Of a stretch of 51,544 nucleotides of DNA, positions 26,100-39,150 are shown piece after piece (the first letter of the stretch is position 1; each line of letters starts with the position of its first letter). The translations under genes were made by a program, and so were the position numbers. The notes below the pieces were generated by a model, which saw only the letters and a list, made by a program, of their open reading frames with translations, was not told where the DNA came from and did no database searches. The stretch is from Octopus bimaculoides (lineage: Eukaryota), in contig NC_068986.1 in NCBI RefSeq assembly GCF_001194135.2, positions 100,419,404-100,470,947 of the forward strand. Reading direction: 5' to 3'.

Positions 26100-27842
26100 G
26101 AATCCCCTTATAACCAGATGCTTTATGTCATAGGAATAACACAATTACCAACATAGTCAACAAAAAATCAACCAGGCACATATGAGTTATTGTATAATCT
26201 TTGCTACACCATGGTAAACTTCGAAGTTAGATTTTATCGAAGAATCCTTCAAATCGGATCATTTTGTCGTATAAAGCGATAATGAATGATCTATTCACCG
26301 GATAATCCTAGGTAACCTATACTTGAAAATATGTCGTAATAGATACTGCATTTAAAAAAAAAATTAATTATGTTTCATAGGGAAATGTCAGTATCTATAA
26401 CCGAACCCCCATTACGTTGTAAGTTTCATGTTATATAATATGCATTATATTATGAACATTTTAAACGAGAACTATATGAACATCAATGCAGACTCAGTAA
26501 TTAAATCGCATAGGCATATTAACGGCCTTAACATACCTATAGTCATATGCACAATCTCGAAAAATTCAAGAGGATGTTACGAGCAAATTTATAGGAAAGA
26601 TCATATTACTAGATTTAGTTTCAATATCTTATAACGATTCCAAACGACGCAGGGGTCAATTTATCAAAAATAGCGTGTAATCAATTGATTTGATTACACT
26701 GTATCAAGTCACCTAGAATTGGAAAGAAAACTGCTTAACGAGTAAAGAAATAAAGTCACGAATACGTGCGTCCACTCATGTTCTGAAAAACGTTATCTAG
26801 GTTATATTTCTAATTCTAGGATTCCCACTCCAGTATAAACAGATGAAAATTGCTGCTTTCCTTTTCACATTTAAGTTATAGAAGAGAAATTTTGGAAACT
26901 GACTGTATTGAAGAAAAGCAGAAGCGACATTTGAAATATTTCCTTTGTTTTCTCATATTCTAATTCATGCATAATCGATATTTTACAACGTATCTATACA
27001 TTTCACTGCGCATTTCAAGTTAAATATGTATTCCCCTTTTTGAACGCCTCCCTCCGTCTTATTATCTTTCGTGGTCACTCCTATGTGTTTGTGTGTGTAG
27101 TGTGTGTAATACACCCACAAACACCAACACACATAACTACGTATACGTAAATGTGTATAAATGCACATTTATATCATGTATTATATATANNNNNNNNNNN
27201 NNNNNNNNNNNNNNNNNNNNNNNNNNNNNNNNNNNNNNNNNNNNNNNNNNNNNNNNNNNNNNNNNNNNNNNNNNNNNNNNNNNNNNNNNNNNNNNNNNNN
27301 NNNNNNNNNNNNNNNNNNNNNNNNNNNNNNNNNNNNNNNNNNNNNNNNNNNNNNNNNNNNNNNNNNNNNNNNNNNNNNNNNNNNNNNNNNNNNNNNNNNN
27401 NNNNNNNNNNNNNNNNNNNNNNNNNNNNNNNNNNNNNNNNNNNNNNNNNNNNNNNNNNNNNNNNNNNNNNNNNNNNNNNNNNNNNNNNNNNNNNNNNNNN
27501 NNNNNNNNNNNNNNNNNNNNNNNNNNNNNNNNNNNNNNNNNNNNNNNNNNNNNNNNNNNNNNNNNNNNNNNNNNNNNNNNNNNNNNNNNNNNNNNNNNNN
27601 NNNNNNNNNNNNNNNNNNNNNNNNNNNNNNNNNNNNNNNNNNNNNNNNNNNNNNNNNNNNNNNNNNNNNNNNNNNNNNNNNNNNNNNNNNNNNNNNNNNN
27701 NNNNNNNNNNNNNNNNNNNNNNNNNNNNNNNNNNNNNNNNNNNNNNNNNNNNNNNNNNNNNNNNNNNNNNNNNNNNNNNNNNNNNNNNNNNNNNNNNNNN
27801 NNNNNNNNNNNNNNNNNNNNNNNNNNNNNNNNNNNNNNNNNN

Positions 27843-27882
27843 CTGCGCCTCCACACAGCCCCTCCTGCGCCTCCACACAGCC
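27843..27882. repeat. 22-bp GC-rich minisatellite at a gap edge
   Basis: CTGCGCCTCCACACAGCCCCTC followed by CTGCGCCTCCACACAGCC. Confidence 0.9.
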
Positions 27883-28188
27883 ACGAAGAAATAGTAATTA
27901 ATCTTCTAACTTCTTGGAATAAACTTTGTCTTTTAAAAGGTTCTACAACAATGAATTATATTCAGTTGGCAGTATTCCAAACATTTGACAATCAAGAATT
28001 GCGAAAGTCCCACAAATTGAAAAGTTCAATAGAAATGCACCGATATCTTTGAGGACCTGCCAGGATATTGTTGGATATTAATTCATCTACAGAGTGCTAA
28101 CAAGTGAAGTAATTGTGGAAAATTAAAAAAGACTTCCAAACTTCATATCAACATATAACTTCATTCTCAACATCATTTATATACTTAC

Positions 28189-28241
28189 ACGCATTGCACT
28201 TCCGCCGAATACACTTCATTATCGTACATAATACGATATAT
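28189..28241 (-). CDS. Candidate 53-nt coding exon
   Basis: Bounded by TTGTGCAG| and |GTAAGT. Reads IYRIMYDNEVYSAEVQC. Confidence 0.25.
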
Positions 28242-28402
28242 CTGCACAATTCTGTTTAGTCTCTTGGCTAATCTTATAGAGTAAGTCCACTTTATTTCAT
28301 TTTCAATAGTAATATTTTATGTTGTGAATAGTGTAGCGTTGCTTTCCCATCTTCCTTCGAAGCAAAATGCATTAATGAAAACAAAGTTAAATTGCACGAG
28401 CA

Positions 28403-28433
<31 letters not shown>

Positions 28434-29069
28434 NNNNNNNNNNNNNNNNNNNNNNNNNNNNNNNNNNNNNNNNNNNNNNNNNNNNNNNNNNNNNNNNNNN
28501 NNNNNATATATACATATTTACCAAAGTCATGGACTGATTTTAATTACAAAAACAAAAGAGTGTGGACGCTCGGGAAGGAATAAACCGTCTCTTATCAATC
28601 AAACACGCTTTAAAAAAATCTTTCATCCTGTTCCAACTCCCAGTGATAGAGCTGCAACGACGCGCACATCGCTCGCTCAACAAGTATACATAATCATTAT
28701 AGCTTTCCTTTACAATTTCATCACATATATGAGATAGCAGTGTATGCGTAAGGAATATGAACGTTTCCTTTCATTTCTTAATTAACGCCATTTCCTTTAT
28801 ATTTCTCTCACCCTGGAACACATGTATTCAATATATTTATTAAGTGCTAACTATATAACAATAAATGTTTCTGCATACATCACGTGAAATCTATATTTAT
28901 TTCTTATTGTTGAATTTCTTTTATCATAAGACATTTTGTCGCTCCCACCTTCGCTCCGACTGACGCACACACACATATACAAACACACAAATGCACATAT
29001 ATTTTAGTTTGAAACACTCATACACCGTGTACGCGTTAACAATCTTACTTTCAGCGTGTACTATGCGTG

Positions 29070-29388
29070 CATGCATCGTAGCTGTAGGGTTAGGAGGTTG
29101 CTTTCCAACCATATGGTTCCGAGTTCAGTCCCACTGAGTGGCACCTTGGGAAAGTGCTGTCCACAATAGCTTCAGGCCTACCAAAGTCTTGTGCCTTTGT
29201 GTTTGACCGGTGTTTATGTGTTTACATTCCCGTAGCTTAGCGACTACTCAAAATTATCGAGAGGATAAGTACTAGGCTTAAGAAATAAGTCCTACAGTCG
29301 ATTTGTTCTAGTAAAAAAAAAAATTCAAGGCGGTAGTCCAACATGGTCGCAGTCAAGTAACTGTAAGAAGTAAAAGAATAAAAGAGTA
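29070..29388 (+). mobile_element. tRNA-derived SINE (second Octopus-type family), centre deleted
   Basis: The 5' part GTTGCTTTCCAACCATATGGTTCCGAGTTCAGTCCCACTGAGTGGCACCTTGGG matches 51345-51510. The 3' part matches 12018-12235. Confidence 0.85.
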
Positions 29389-29795
29389 GGATTGTTTGTT
29401 GCCACTTTAAAGTGGCTCTTCCATACGAACGGGCGTTACTGCGATTTTCTAACCACAAGAGGAAATTCCCTGTAGCTGGTTAGCGATTCCACATGCACCT
29501 GATATATTGCAAGCAGGAGAGCGACCCCCTACAACCTACTAGTGACAGGACCCACATACCAGCTTCGTTTCGGGCTTCCTCAGTGATGGACACCCTGTTT
29601 CCTAGAAATGGCAGTAGTTCGCTCAACTTTGCGATATATCGATTTCGAAGCGACATTCAGTCACTGATTTTGCGAAGAGCACAGTAATTACTTATAAAAT
29701 ACCTGTAAGAAATAAAGGTAGGAACTGTACTGGTAAGTAATATTTGTTGTCACTTTAGCGTGGCTGTTCCTATTACATCGACCCTAATATTCAAC

Positions 29796-30780
29796 TATTA
29801 ATGAATAATCCCATAAATAATGCAGTGTTTTTTTTTTCAATTGCATGCACTAAAAGTCGTAGAGGGGCGGGATGAACTACCTGCACCAACTTGCTATAGG
29901 AGCATGCAGTAATTTTACCTTGTATTTATTCTTAGTGCAAGGTTTGAAGAGTGCACTTCGATTATAACTGTAATTTTTTTCAAATCTATGATGGACGTGA
30001 CAAAGGAGCATATTCGGCAAATTTTGCTTTATGAGTTCAATAAAGGCAAAAAAAAAAAAACGGAACGTGCAAGGAATATAAATGCTGTACGTGGGCATCC
30101 GCCAATAAACGTAAGTCAGTGTTAACAGTGCTTCCAAAAATTCCTGGCCGGAAACTACAACCTAGAAGATGAGCCTCGTCCTGGAAGATGTGTTGAGCTC
30201 GACGAGGACGTTCTGCAAGCATCGTAACTATTGAGGAACAAGCAGAGAAACTTGAATTTGGTAATTCAACCATTCATCGACACCTGCGTACCATCTGAAA
30301 AGTCAGCAAATTGGGTCAATCGGTTCTTCATAAACTTTCGCAGTCTAATCGTGCGCAGAAAGTGAATACGTGTTCTTCGTTGCTGTCACGTAACACGAGT
30401 GAACATTTTTAGGACCGAATACTGACTGGTGACGAGAAATGGGTTCTGTATAAAAATGTCAAGCGCTGATGACCGTAGATCGGAAAAAAAAAGCACAGGC
30501 ACTTCAGGCTAAAGAAGATCTTCATCCACGTAAGGTGTTGTTATCTGTTTCGCGGGATATGACAGCTTTAGTTCATTTGAACTTTTAAACCGAAACCAAA
30601 TGAAAACGAAAGAGATCCACTGCAAGCAGCAGGAGCGGCTAAATTCGGCGCGAGGCGAAAAGCGACCATCTTTCGTTTCAAGACGGTAAGTGTTCTTCCA
30701 TCAGGATAATACTCCGCTACATACAGCGAGAATGAGATTCCAAAAGCTGGAGCAGTTTGAATGGGAAATGGGACTATGAT
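29796..30780 (+). mobile_element. Decayed mariner (Mos1/SETMAR-like DD34D transposase)
   Basis: MDVTKEHIRQILLYEFNKG...LEDEPRPGR...STIHRHL..KVSKLG...TGDEKWVLYKNVKR...FHQDNTPLHTAR..QKLEQFEWE. It carries stops and frameshifts, and the third-D (YSPDL) region is deleted. Confidence 0.92.
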
Positions 30781-30781
30781 T

Positions 30782-30835
30782 TCCATTATCGTGTTAACGA
30801 ACTTGTTAACATTATCGTGCTAACGAACTTGTTAA
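30782..30835. repeat. About 26-bp tandem duplication at the mariner end
   Basis: ATTATCGTGTTAACGAACTTGTTAAC followed by ATTATCGTGCTAACGAACTTGTTAAAC. Confidence 0.9.
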
Positions 30836-33169
30836 ACGAATTGTTGGGAACAATTTATTTAGTTCCATTTCAATATGTACCCACCCATATAGTTTGCTTC
30901 AATTAATTTCCATGAGTATTAAGTCATCTGGGTATTAAATTGTTTTAAAGATATTATTTTACGTTTAGTCGAATTTGTGTTGATATCATATTTAGATGAG
31001 TTATTGTAGATATTTTCATGATATTGTTCATGTTTTAGTGATTTATTTAATTCCATTCAAACTGTCACGTGAATTATGGGAAACACAAACATTCCTTTAA
31101 TCTACTTGCAAAGTGGTTTTCGACTTCATTTGAGTTCGTTTGAAAACTACAAAGAATTTGTAATTCTCCAGCGAATGTTACGTAATTTAGTTTCCAATTA
31201 CAAATATATTTTCTATACACGTTGATAACGTTGTACAACTTGTTTATAATCTACACTTAATGACAATTTCGATGATAATTAATGATATTCCTGATAAGGA
31301 AATTTCTATGTTACATTAAATTTCAGTTTTAAATTAATCATTACTTTCCTTATAGATTATACCAGAATTCTGCTTCATAGATATCTATATACGTTCAACC
31401 CTAAGAGTTGTGAGATGTTCAGCAAATGCTCAGTTTGTCTAAGTCTGAATGAATGCTAGAAGATATGTCAGCCATAAACATTTACACCACCGAAGTGTTG
31501 GAAATAACTACAAGCATGTACCTTTGCACTTCAACCATCATCTCAAAGCAGAATTTATATTGAATGTAGTAGTATTAAACACAAATATATAAATTCTATA
31601 TTTGTAGATATACCACTGCATATTTCTTTTCAGTTATGTAACCACTGTTGGTGTATTTTTTCTTCTCCTCTTCGAACAAATATCTAAACGGACCAAGGTA
31701 TCTCTGTACAACAGTCGGTACACATTGAGCAACTGATGGCTCTGTTTATGCATTCTGTACTTCCTCTGTAATCCAGATATTTCGTGCAAGACATTAGCAT
31801 GTTATGAAGATCCCAGTGTCGAAGTTGTGGTCTATTAGCCATATCTCGACAAAAAATATCACTCTTCTTAACTTTGTTTCAAATAGTATCACTTCCACCA
31901 TAGTGCTTACAATTAGTAATTAACTGATGAGTTGTGATAATTTTGCCAGTAAATTTCTGCGTTCCAGGATTATATACCTAATGGCATATCATTAACTTTT
32001 TGTTGCAAACGTGTCTTATTTTATTGTGTCTGTGACCTTACATAAATTATGTACTTCCAACGAACTGTTCCCGGAAGATACTGAGGTGGCATTCCATATC
32101 GTCTGACATTATATAATTTTATAGTTTTCTAATAAATTCTATGTGAGAATCTTTGACAAAGAAAACAGCAGTTGTTGTCTCTTGTCGAACAGTCATAACC
32201 CATAAAATATATGAACATATTTTTTGCAGACAAAAGGTGTTTCTTTATCATCACCAAATTCGGTGCCTTCATCTAGTTTTTTTTATAGTATCTGCCTATA
32301 TTTTCGAGATTTGTTTCTACTATCTTCAACATAAATATTTAAGGTGTGTTTAAGGAAATTTTTTTTATAGTTCTGCTGGATATATGTTTGCTCATTATCA
32401 GCGTTGCGTGCGAAAGTATGCATCAAGTCAAATGTCATCCAGCTTCTCAATCTTCAAGATACTGCATCTGTTGAATATCCCGCTTTCTAATGAATGCTAT
32501 AAGTATTATATTATACAGTACATCCATCTGGTATAAAGACTGTGGTGTGTAATCCATTGGGAAACTGACTGCTAGATTTTGGTTACCGAGGGACAACGTA
32601 GATTATTCCTGTCCTTTTCGTATGGAAGTCCCATTGACGTTATAAATGAGAAAGAAACGGTTAGAGTCATTTTTACTTTATCAATATTAATATATAATAC
32701 GTTCATGACCTAATGAATACTCGCTGGTATTTTGCCGGTATTAATTTTAGAGATTCCAGGCCATTTCATTTTATAAGAATGCTATCTATAAAGATACAAT
32801 GATTAAGTTTTGCACAAAAATAACAACATATATTGCCGTGTAGTTTCTCCGACCTTCTTTTAAATCAAAATAGTAAGATATTGATTAAATATCGCAACGA
32901 ATCTTTCAAATGTTCAATCAAGAAGAAAGAGAATGGCGCATAATATTGGACCGTATAACGAAATTCTGTGGGAAATAATATTAGACGGAAAGAAAATGCT
33001 GTTTTTTTTCTAAAATTGTCTAAAACAAACACCACCAAAAATGCTTAAGATCTTTAAAAATAAAACAGAAACAAAACAAAACGAAACAAGCATCAATAAC
33101 AATAGTATTTCCAAGGCTTATTTTCTTAACGTATCAGTTGTTATAATCGCGGTAACTTTTCCTGGAGTT

Positions 33170-33260
33170 ATTGGTGTTGTTGTTTTCGCTGTTGTTGCTG
33201 TTGTTAGTATTATTATCCTTATTATTATTATTAATATTATTATTGCTGTTGTTGTTGTTG

Positions 33261-33301
<41 letters not shown>

Positions 33302-33312
33302 GTCATTATTAT
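33170..33312. repeat. (GTT)n/(ATT)n trinucleotide microsatellite
   Basis: Directly visible. Confidence 0.95.
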
Positions 33313-33771
33313 TTATGTAGTTAATTCCCTTTTCCTATATTCCATTACAGCTCCGGTACACTCTCTGTTCAACGTAAACGAATGGTAGTCTTTTTTTTTT
33401 GTTTTGTTTAAGAATTTCTTTCACTTCAGATGATTCCTTGCATTTGATATTACGGACAGTGATGGCGCAATGGATTAAGCTACTAATAGTAATAACAACT
33501 AATGCTAATGCGTAGTACTTGGTGAAGCAGTGCAAAAAGGAGAGTACCTATCAATGGACGTTATACACACACATATATATATATATTTTAAATGATTTAA
33601 AATGTACGAACGTTCGTGTGCTTATATGTGAGATTATCACCATGACCAAATGTGCCATTCATTTTGATGTAATGTGTACGAGCGGGTGCACCTTGAACAG
33701 AATATTTATTCACTTAAACAAAGTAACTGCCTAAGACCTACAGAAATTTGCATTTGCATACACGTATATAT

Positions 33772-33786
33772 CTATCTATCTACCTG

Positions 33787-33852
<66 letters not shown>

Positions 33853-34191
33853 ACGATATATAGATTAATTGATACATAGATAGATAGGAAGAGAGATAGA
33901 TATATTGGTGGTTTGTTATATAATAAGACTAATATATACGCGTGCATAATGTAAAAAAAAATACCTAAACGACTATAGAGAAATCAAGAAGAGCAAATGT
34001 TACATACATACATATCCACATCATAACAACTCACACACATACACGGACACAGGCATACATACATGCGTATATACATACATACATAGATACATGCATATGT
34101 ATATACATACATACATACACACATACATACATGCATATGTACATACATACATACACCCATAGACAAGCACACACACATACACACACACACA

Positions 34192-34232
<41 letters not shown>

Positions 34233-34469
34233 TCACATATCGCTTTACGCGCTACTGACAGAAGCAGATCATTACTATTATTAACATATCAGATGCAAAA
34301 TTTTCGATTACTTCAGAGTGTAGCGCACCAACAATTTCGAAGACGACAAGTTGAATATATGCGATGCACCAATCTATGCATCGACAAATTTAAACATACA
34401 CACACACGTCACGCTCACACACACTCGTACACACACACATATATTCATATACATACACACACACACACC

Positions 34470-34523
<54 letters not shown>

Positions 34524-34605
34524 AGTACACACACACGCGCACACATATATATTCATATACATGCATACATACACACACAGATATACATACATATATATAT
34601 AATAT
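33772..34605. repeat. Cluster of (TATC)n, (ATAC)n, (AC)n and (AT)n microsatellites
   Basis: Directly visible, interspersed with short unique spacers. Confidence 0.9.
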
Positions 34606-34606
34606 A

Positions 34607-34950
34607 CAGGGATTAGCATTGAGTTGCTTCTCCGACATACTGAAAATTTAGAAATAGCAGTCAAAGAACTACTGATTCTAAACTACAAATTTTTCTCTAA
34701 ACGGATGGCGATATTTATGGCACACATAGAACAAAAAACCGGAGGGAAAAGCGTAAACAAAACAAGTCTTTAGTTAATTGGATACGAATCGTTTCATGGT
34801 TAAGCGAATGAAAATTTCACTATTCCAATCTTCAGCCCAAATATTCTGATAAATTTGAAAGTGTCTCTAAAAAAATTCACGGTAATTTTTGGCCATGCGA
34901 CACCAAAAATCAACGATAAGAAAGGCACTTACGAATTCATCGGCCAGTGA
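34607..34950 (+). mobile_element. Dispersed non-autonomous repeat, copy 2
   Basis: Homologous to the reverse complement of 5742-5989. It starts TA|CAGGG, like Tc1/mariner-type ends. Confidence 0.7.
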
Positions 34951-36339
34951 GATATATATATATATATATATATATANNNNNNNNNNNNNNNNNNNNNNNN
35001 NNNNNNNNNNNNNNNNNNNNNNNNNNNNNNNNNNNNNNNNNNNNNNNNNNNNNNNNNNNNNNNNNNNNNNNNNNNNNNNNNNNNNNNNNNNNNNNNNNNN
35101 NNNNNNNNNNNNNNNNNNNNNNNNNNNNNNNNNNNNNNNNNNNNNNNNNNNNNNNNNNNNNNNNNNNNNNNNNNNNNNNNNNNNNNNNNNNNNNNNNNNN
35201 NNNNNNNNNNNNNNNNNNNNNNNNNNNNNNNNNNNNNNNNNNNNNNNNNNNNNNNNNNNNNNNNNNNNNNNNNNNNNNNNNNNNNNNNNNNNNNNNNNNN
35301 NNNNNNNNNNNNNNNNNNNNNNNNNNNNNNNNNNNNNNNNNNNNNNNNNNNNNNNNNNNNNNNNNNNNNNNNNNNNNNNNNNNNNNNNNNNNNNNNNNNN
35401 NNNNNNNNNNNNNNNNNNNNNNNNNNNNNNNNNNNNNNNNNNNNNNNNNNNNNNNNNNNNNNNNNNNNNNNNNNNNNNNNNNNNNNNNNNNNNNNNNNNN
35501 NNNNNNNNNNNNNNNNNNNNNNNNNNNNNNNNNNNNNNNNNNNNNNNNNNNNNNNNNNNNNNNNNNNNNNNNNNNNNNNNNNNNNNNNNNNNNNNNNNNN
35601 NNNNNNNNNNNNNNNNNNNNNNNNNNNNNNNNNNNNNNNNNNNNNNNNNNNNNNNNNNNNNNNNNNNNNNNNNNNNNNNNNNNNNNNNNNNNTATATATA
35701 TATATATTTATATTCATTTGTACATATATGTATGAACGTTTCTGAAAAAAGTAATGGAAAGTTACAAAGAAGAATCGGTGTGCAATCTAAGCTGTCCATA
35801 AATTTCTTTTTATATATCGCATTGCTTTAAGCTAACTAATACGTTCATGTATGTGTGTTTGTGTGAGTGCGTGTGTGTGATGTATGTGTATAGTTGCAGA
35901 TATATTCATCTGTGTATATATGTGTCTTTGAATTATTTTAAAACCATCCAAATTAGTTTCAAAATAAACTGCAAACAAGAGTATAACAATGGAATAGTTT
36001 ACACTATAATTTACGTTCAAATACCTCAACCATTTAAGGAATTGAAATGTAAGGAGGCAACGCGTTAGAATTCTTTTTTTTTTTAAGGACCTCAAACTGT
36101 AAATGATTCTAATGTCAAGGAAACGACTCAGTACTTTTTTGTATACATTTAGTTTTTTTGTTTTCACACGGTTCCCATTTGCATTTAACTGAGATTTTCA
36201 TATTAGTTTTGCTTGTCGTTCTCATAATACTTCAATGAAACTCTACTTATCTCATTCACACAGTTTTCGGATCTTCTTTTTGGAATATTGTATTAGTTAT
36301 TATGAAATATATTGAGGTTGTTAAGATAGATCAGGCGGT

Positions 36340-36505
36340 CCGGTGTAAGACTGGTCTTGACCCACAGATGCCTTTAATTCACTTCCATGTCTTGCATGCA
36401 TCCTGATTAGACCTAAGGCAAGGATGTCTGTTACTTGTCCGGGTATCGCATCTCGCAACTCTTCCCTGTACTTGTCGTTGCTCTAGGTGTTGATGTCTGA
36501 CAATT
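36340..36505 (-). mobile_element. Possible RTE-clade LINE 3' remnant
   Basis: Minus strand GRVARCDTRTSNRHPCLRSNQDACK loosely resembles the RTE C-terminal GELxxGxRxxGRPxLRxKDxCK. Confidence 0.35.
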
Positions 36506-36713
36506 CAAATGAAACGTTAATATTATTATTCATAACAATCTGTGCGTGTTCCTAAAATTAACAAACACAATCATCGACTAGATAAGGTAGATGACACTCC
36601 ACCAAACGAGAGGAATATAGATCATTCATTCAGTTTAAAATGCTAATAAAACAGTTAAGCAATCATATCTAGGGAATTCCTTTACGTATGTTAGTATTTG
36701 TCAACCAATGTGT

Positions 36714-36905
36714 GAGTAAAACCGCTTGACACAAATTAACCTTGAACTCTGCTGTGCATGCGCACTAGGTTTTAACGTTCTAGCTCACTTCAGCTGTTTA
36801 CAGCAAGGCTTGGAAGGAATATGTTGTGTGTGATCGTCGCATTGACCATGATAGAGGAAGTTGAAAAGAGAATCTGCATCAAATGTCAAAAGCCTGGTAA
36901 TACCT
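36714..36905 (+). mobile_element. Mariner 5' UTR and ORF start fragment
   Basis: Homologous in opposite orientation to about 37290-37440, sharing TTAACGTTCTAGCTCxCTTC, TGTTTACAGCA and GTGTGATCGTCGxATTGACCATG. Confidence 0.8.
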
Positions 36906-37511
36906 TTCAAAACGTTTTCATTGTTCTCGACTCAACGAAGGAGATCTCATGTAACTAAAACACTAGTGTTGTTTCGGTCGGCTGAAAGCACTATCGGCAC
37001 AAACTTGGCTGACAAGCCCCTCAATCCCAAACCTTTAGTGATAATGGACTGAAATCAACTGTAACTAATCTGCACATCCTCTGATAACTCAGAGATGGGG
37101 ATTCGATTGCTGCATGCTCATATGCGATGCTTTCCTTAGTTTTACTAGTTGCGGGTCTTCCAGAACTTTTGTCAATATCGACATTTTGCAGTCATCTTGG
37201 AACCGCCTGAACCTCTCGCACACTTATGTCCGACCCATATCCTCATCTCCATAAGCTTTCTGCAGCATTGCGTAGGTCTCTGAGCATGTTTCACCATGCC
37301 AACTTACTCTGCCATGGTCAATACGACGATCACACGCTGCACACATTTATTTGGAGCACTGCTGTAAACATTGGAAGAGAGCTAGAACGTTAAAGCTTAA
37401 CGTGCAAACACACGAGTGTTAAAGGTCAATCTGTACCAGACGACTTTACTCTGCGTGCTTTAGCGTCGTTGCTATGGTAACATTCCGTATACTTATTTAT
37501 CAGACCTTGTA
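36900..37511 (-). mobile_element. Mariner 5' half (TIR plus HTH domains)
   Basis: TIR TACAAGGTCTGATAAATAAGTAT with a flanking TA. Translation SETYAMLQKAYGDE..RFRRFQD..ISELSEDVQISY..SIIT..GL..SAKFVP..LSAD matches the mariner N-terminus. Confidence 0.88.
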
Positions 37512-38654
37512 TAATTAAGTTTGGAGGAAGAGATAACGCAATCATGTGTTTCGCCCAATTTTTGTGTCCTACGAGTGGGAGAAGCATAACTGAAGTTTAA
37601 AGAGGCTACCTTTGCACCTATGGTATATAGAGTTCAGTCTCACTGCGTGGAGTGTTGAGCAAGTGACTTTTTTTTTTTTTGTAAAGAAACAAAAACCGAA
37701 GTCATTGACGAGATTCAACACAGGAATTACGAATAAAATTGGACGAATTTTAAAATATTCGACGAGTACATTTTGCCTATAACTCAAAGGCAAATGTTTG
37801 TTACACACAGTGAAAAATGATTTTAATGCAGGAATAAAGGCTATATAGGTTATGCAATTTTCATTCACCGAATTTTTAATTCAATAAATGGGTAACTCAC
37901 GTGGTTGGACGAATCAATGCGTATCATCAAAACTGACCGAACTCAATATGTGCATCCTCCGTTTCTAGTCGATAACTTATTACTTATTTTCAAAATTAAA
38001 AATATTTCTCACTTATAACACCCGTTATTGTAGCTTGAAATACCCACCAAAACAGCACATTCTTTTCTGCTTCGTAGCTCGAACATCACAAACTGTTAAA
38101 AAAGAAAAAACAACCTCGGCAAACAAACAAGCAAACAGAAATTCAGAGAAACGGGAAACTGATATTCAAAATTTCACGTAATTGTAATAAGCTCTTCTGT
38201 ATAAAGATTACGTAAGTAAGGTATCACTATCTGTTGGCAGTGAACAAATAAAATAAGAAACCAAGGCGAATCTAAGAGGGAATTACGCAATGGAACAAAA
38301 AGGATTAGTATTAAATGCGAGAAAACATGTCGCATGACGCACTTGTTAATGATAAGCTATCTAAATTAAAATTACAGCTATATGTAATAAGTAATTTACA
38401 AATACAAATATTATTATGATACAGTTTCTGGTCTTGGAGGAATATCATACTTTATTTCTCATATCATTTATCAATTAATTTTGCGAAATATTGAGGATAA
38501 TATTTCAATTTTGTACTTATATTAATTATCATTTAATTCGATCGTGTTCTTATGCGTTAATATATCAACAATTCTTTTCTATCATTACATCAATGCAGCA
38601 GTAACAGTAGAGTATACGTACATGCGTATAGATTTACATACAAAGTTCACAGAT

Positions 38655-38687
<33 letters not shown>

Positions 38688-38959
38688 AATATAGAGGAAA
38701 ATAGAAAGAGACAGAAATTGGGAGAGAAAGCGCTTTATAATTTAAAAGATTTGTAATAAAAGCAATCTGAATATTTCATGATGAATTAGGTTCCCCCGTT
38801 CTTTGTATACTGTATCTGCTTTCGTATACGTATATTTGATGACAAAATATCCTCAAAGGATGTTATACCATCAGTTGTACCAGGGTAGAATTAAAACAAT
38901 TTAGCTGTTTCTAAAAGTTCTTAAAACACTAACTTCAAACAATGATTCAATAAATATTG

Positions 38960-39150
38960 ATTTCAAATGTTGGTACAAGACCAGCAAATTCGGGGATATG
39001 AGTAAGTCTATTACATGGACCCCGGTTATTAACATGTACTTATTTTATCGATTCTGAAGGGATGAAAGGCAAAGTCTACATCAGCAGAATTTGAACCTAG
39101 AACGTAAATCGTATTGAGTTCGGCGTGCATTTCGTCCAGTCCGCTGCCTT
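38960..39150 (-). mobile_element. tRNA-derived SINE with an 18-bp target-site duplication
   Basis: Homologous to 41085-41303. Flanked by AATGATTCAATAAATATT (38941-38958) and AATGAATCAATAAATATT (39151-39168). Confidence 0.85.

Noticed and set aside
26675-26699. 10-bp-arm palindrome GTGTAATCAA-TTGAT-TTGATTACAC
   Set aside because: It is short and AT-rich, next to a probable SINE-tail remnant, and within chance expectation.
30466-30486. CTGATGA-CCGTAGATCG-GAAA hammerhead-like core
   Set aside because: Stem II does not pair beyond one base pair, stems I and III are not evident, and it lies inside decayed mariner coding sequence.
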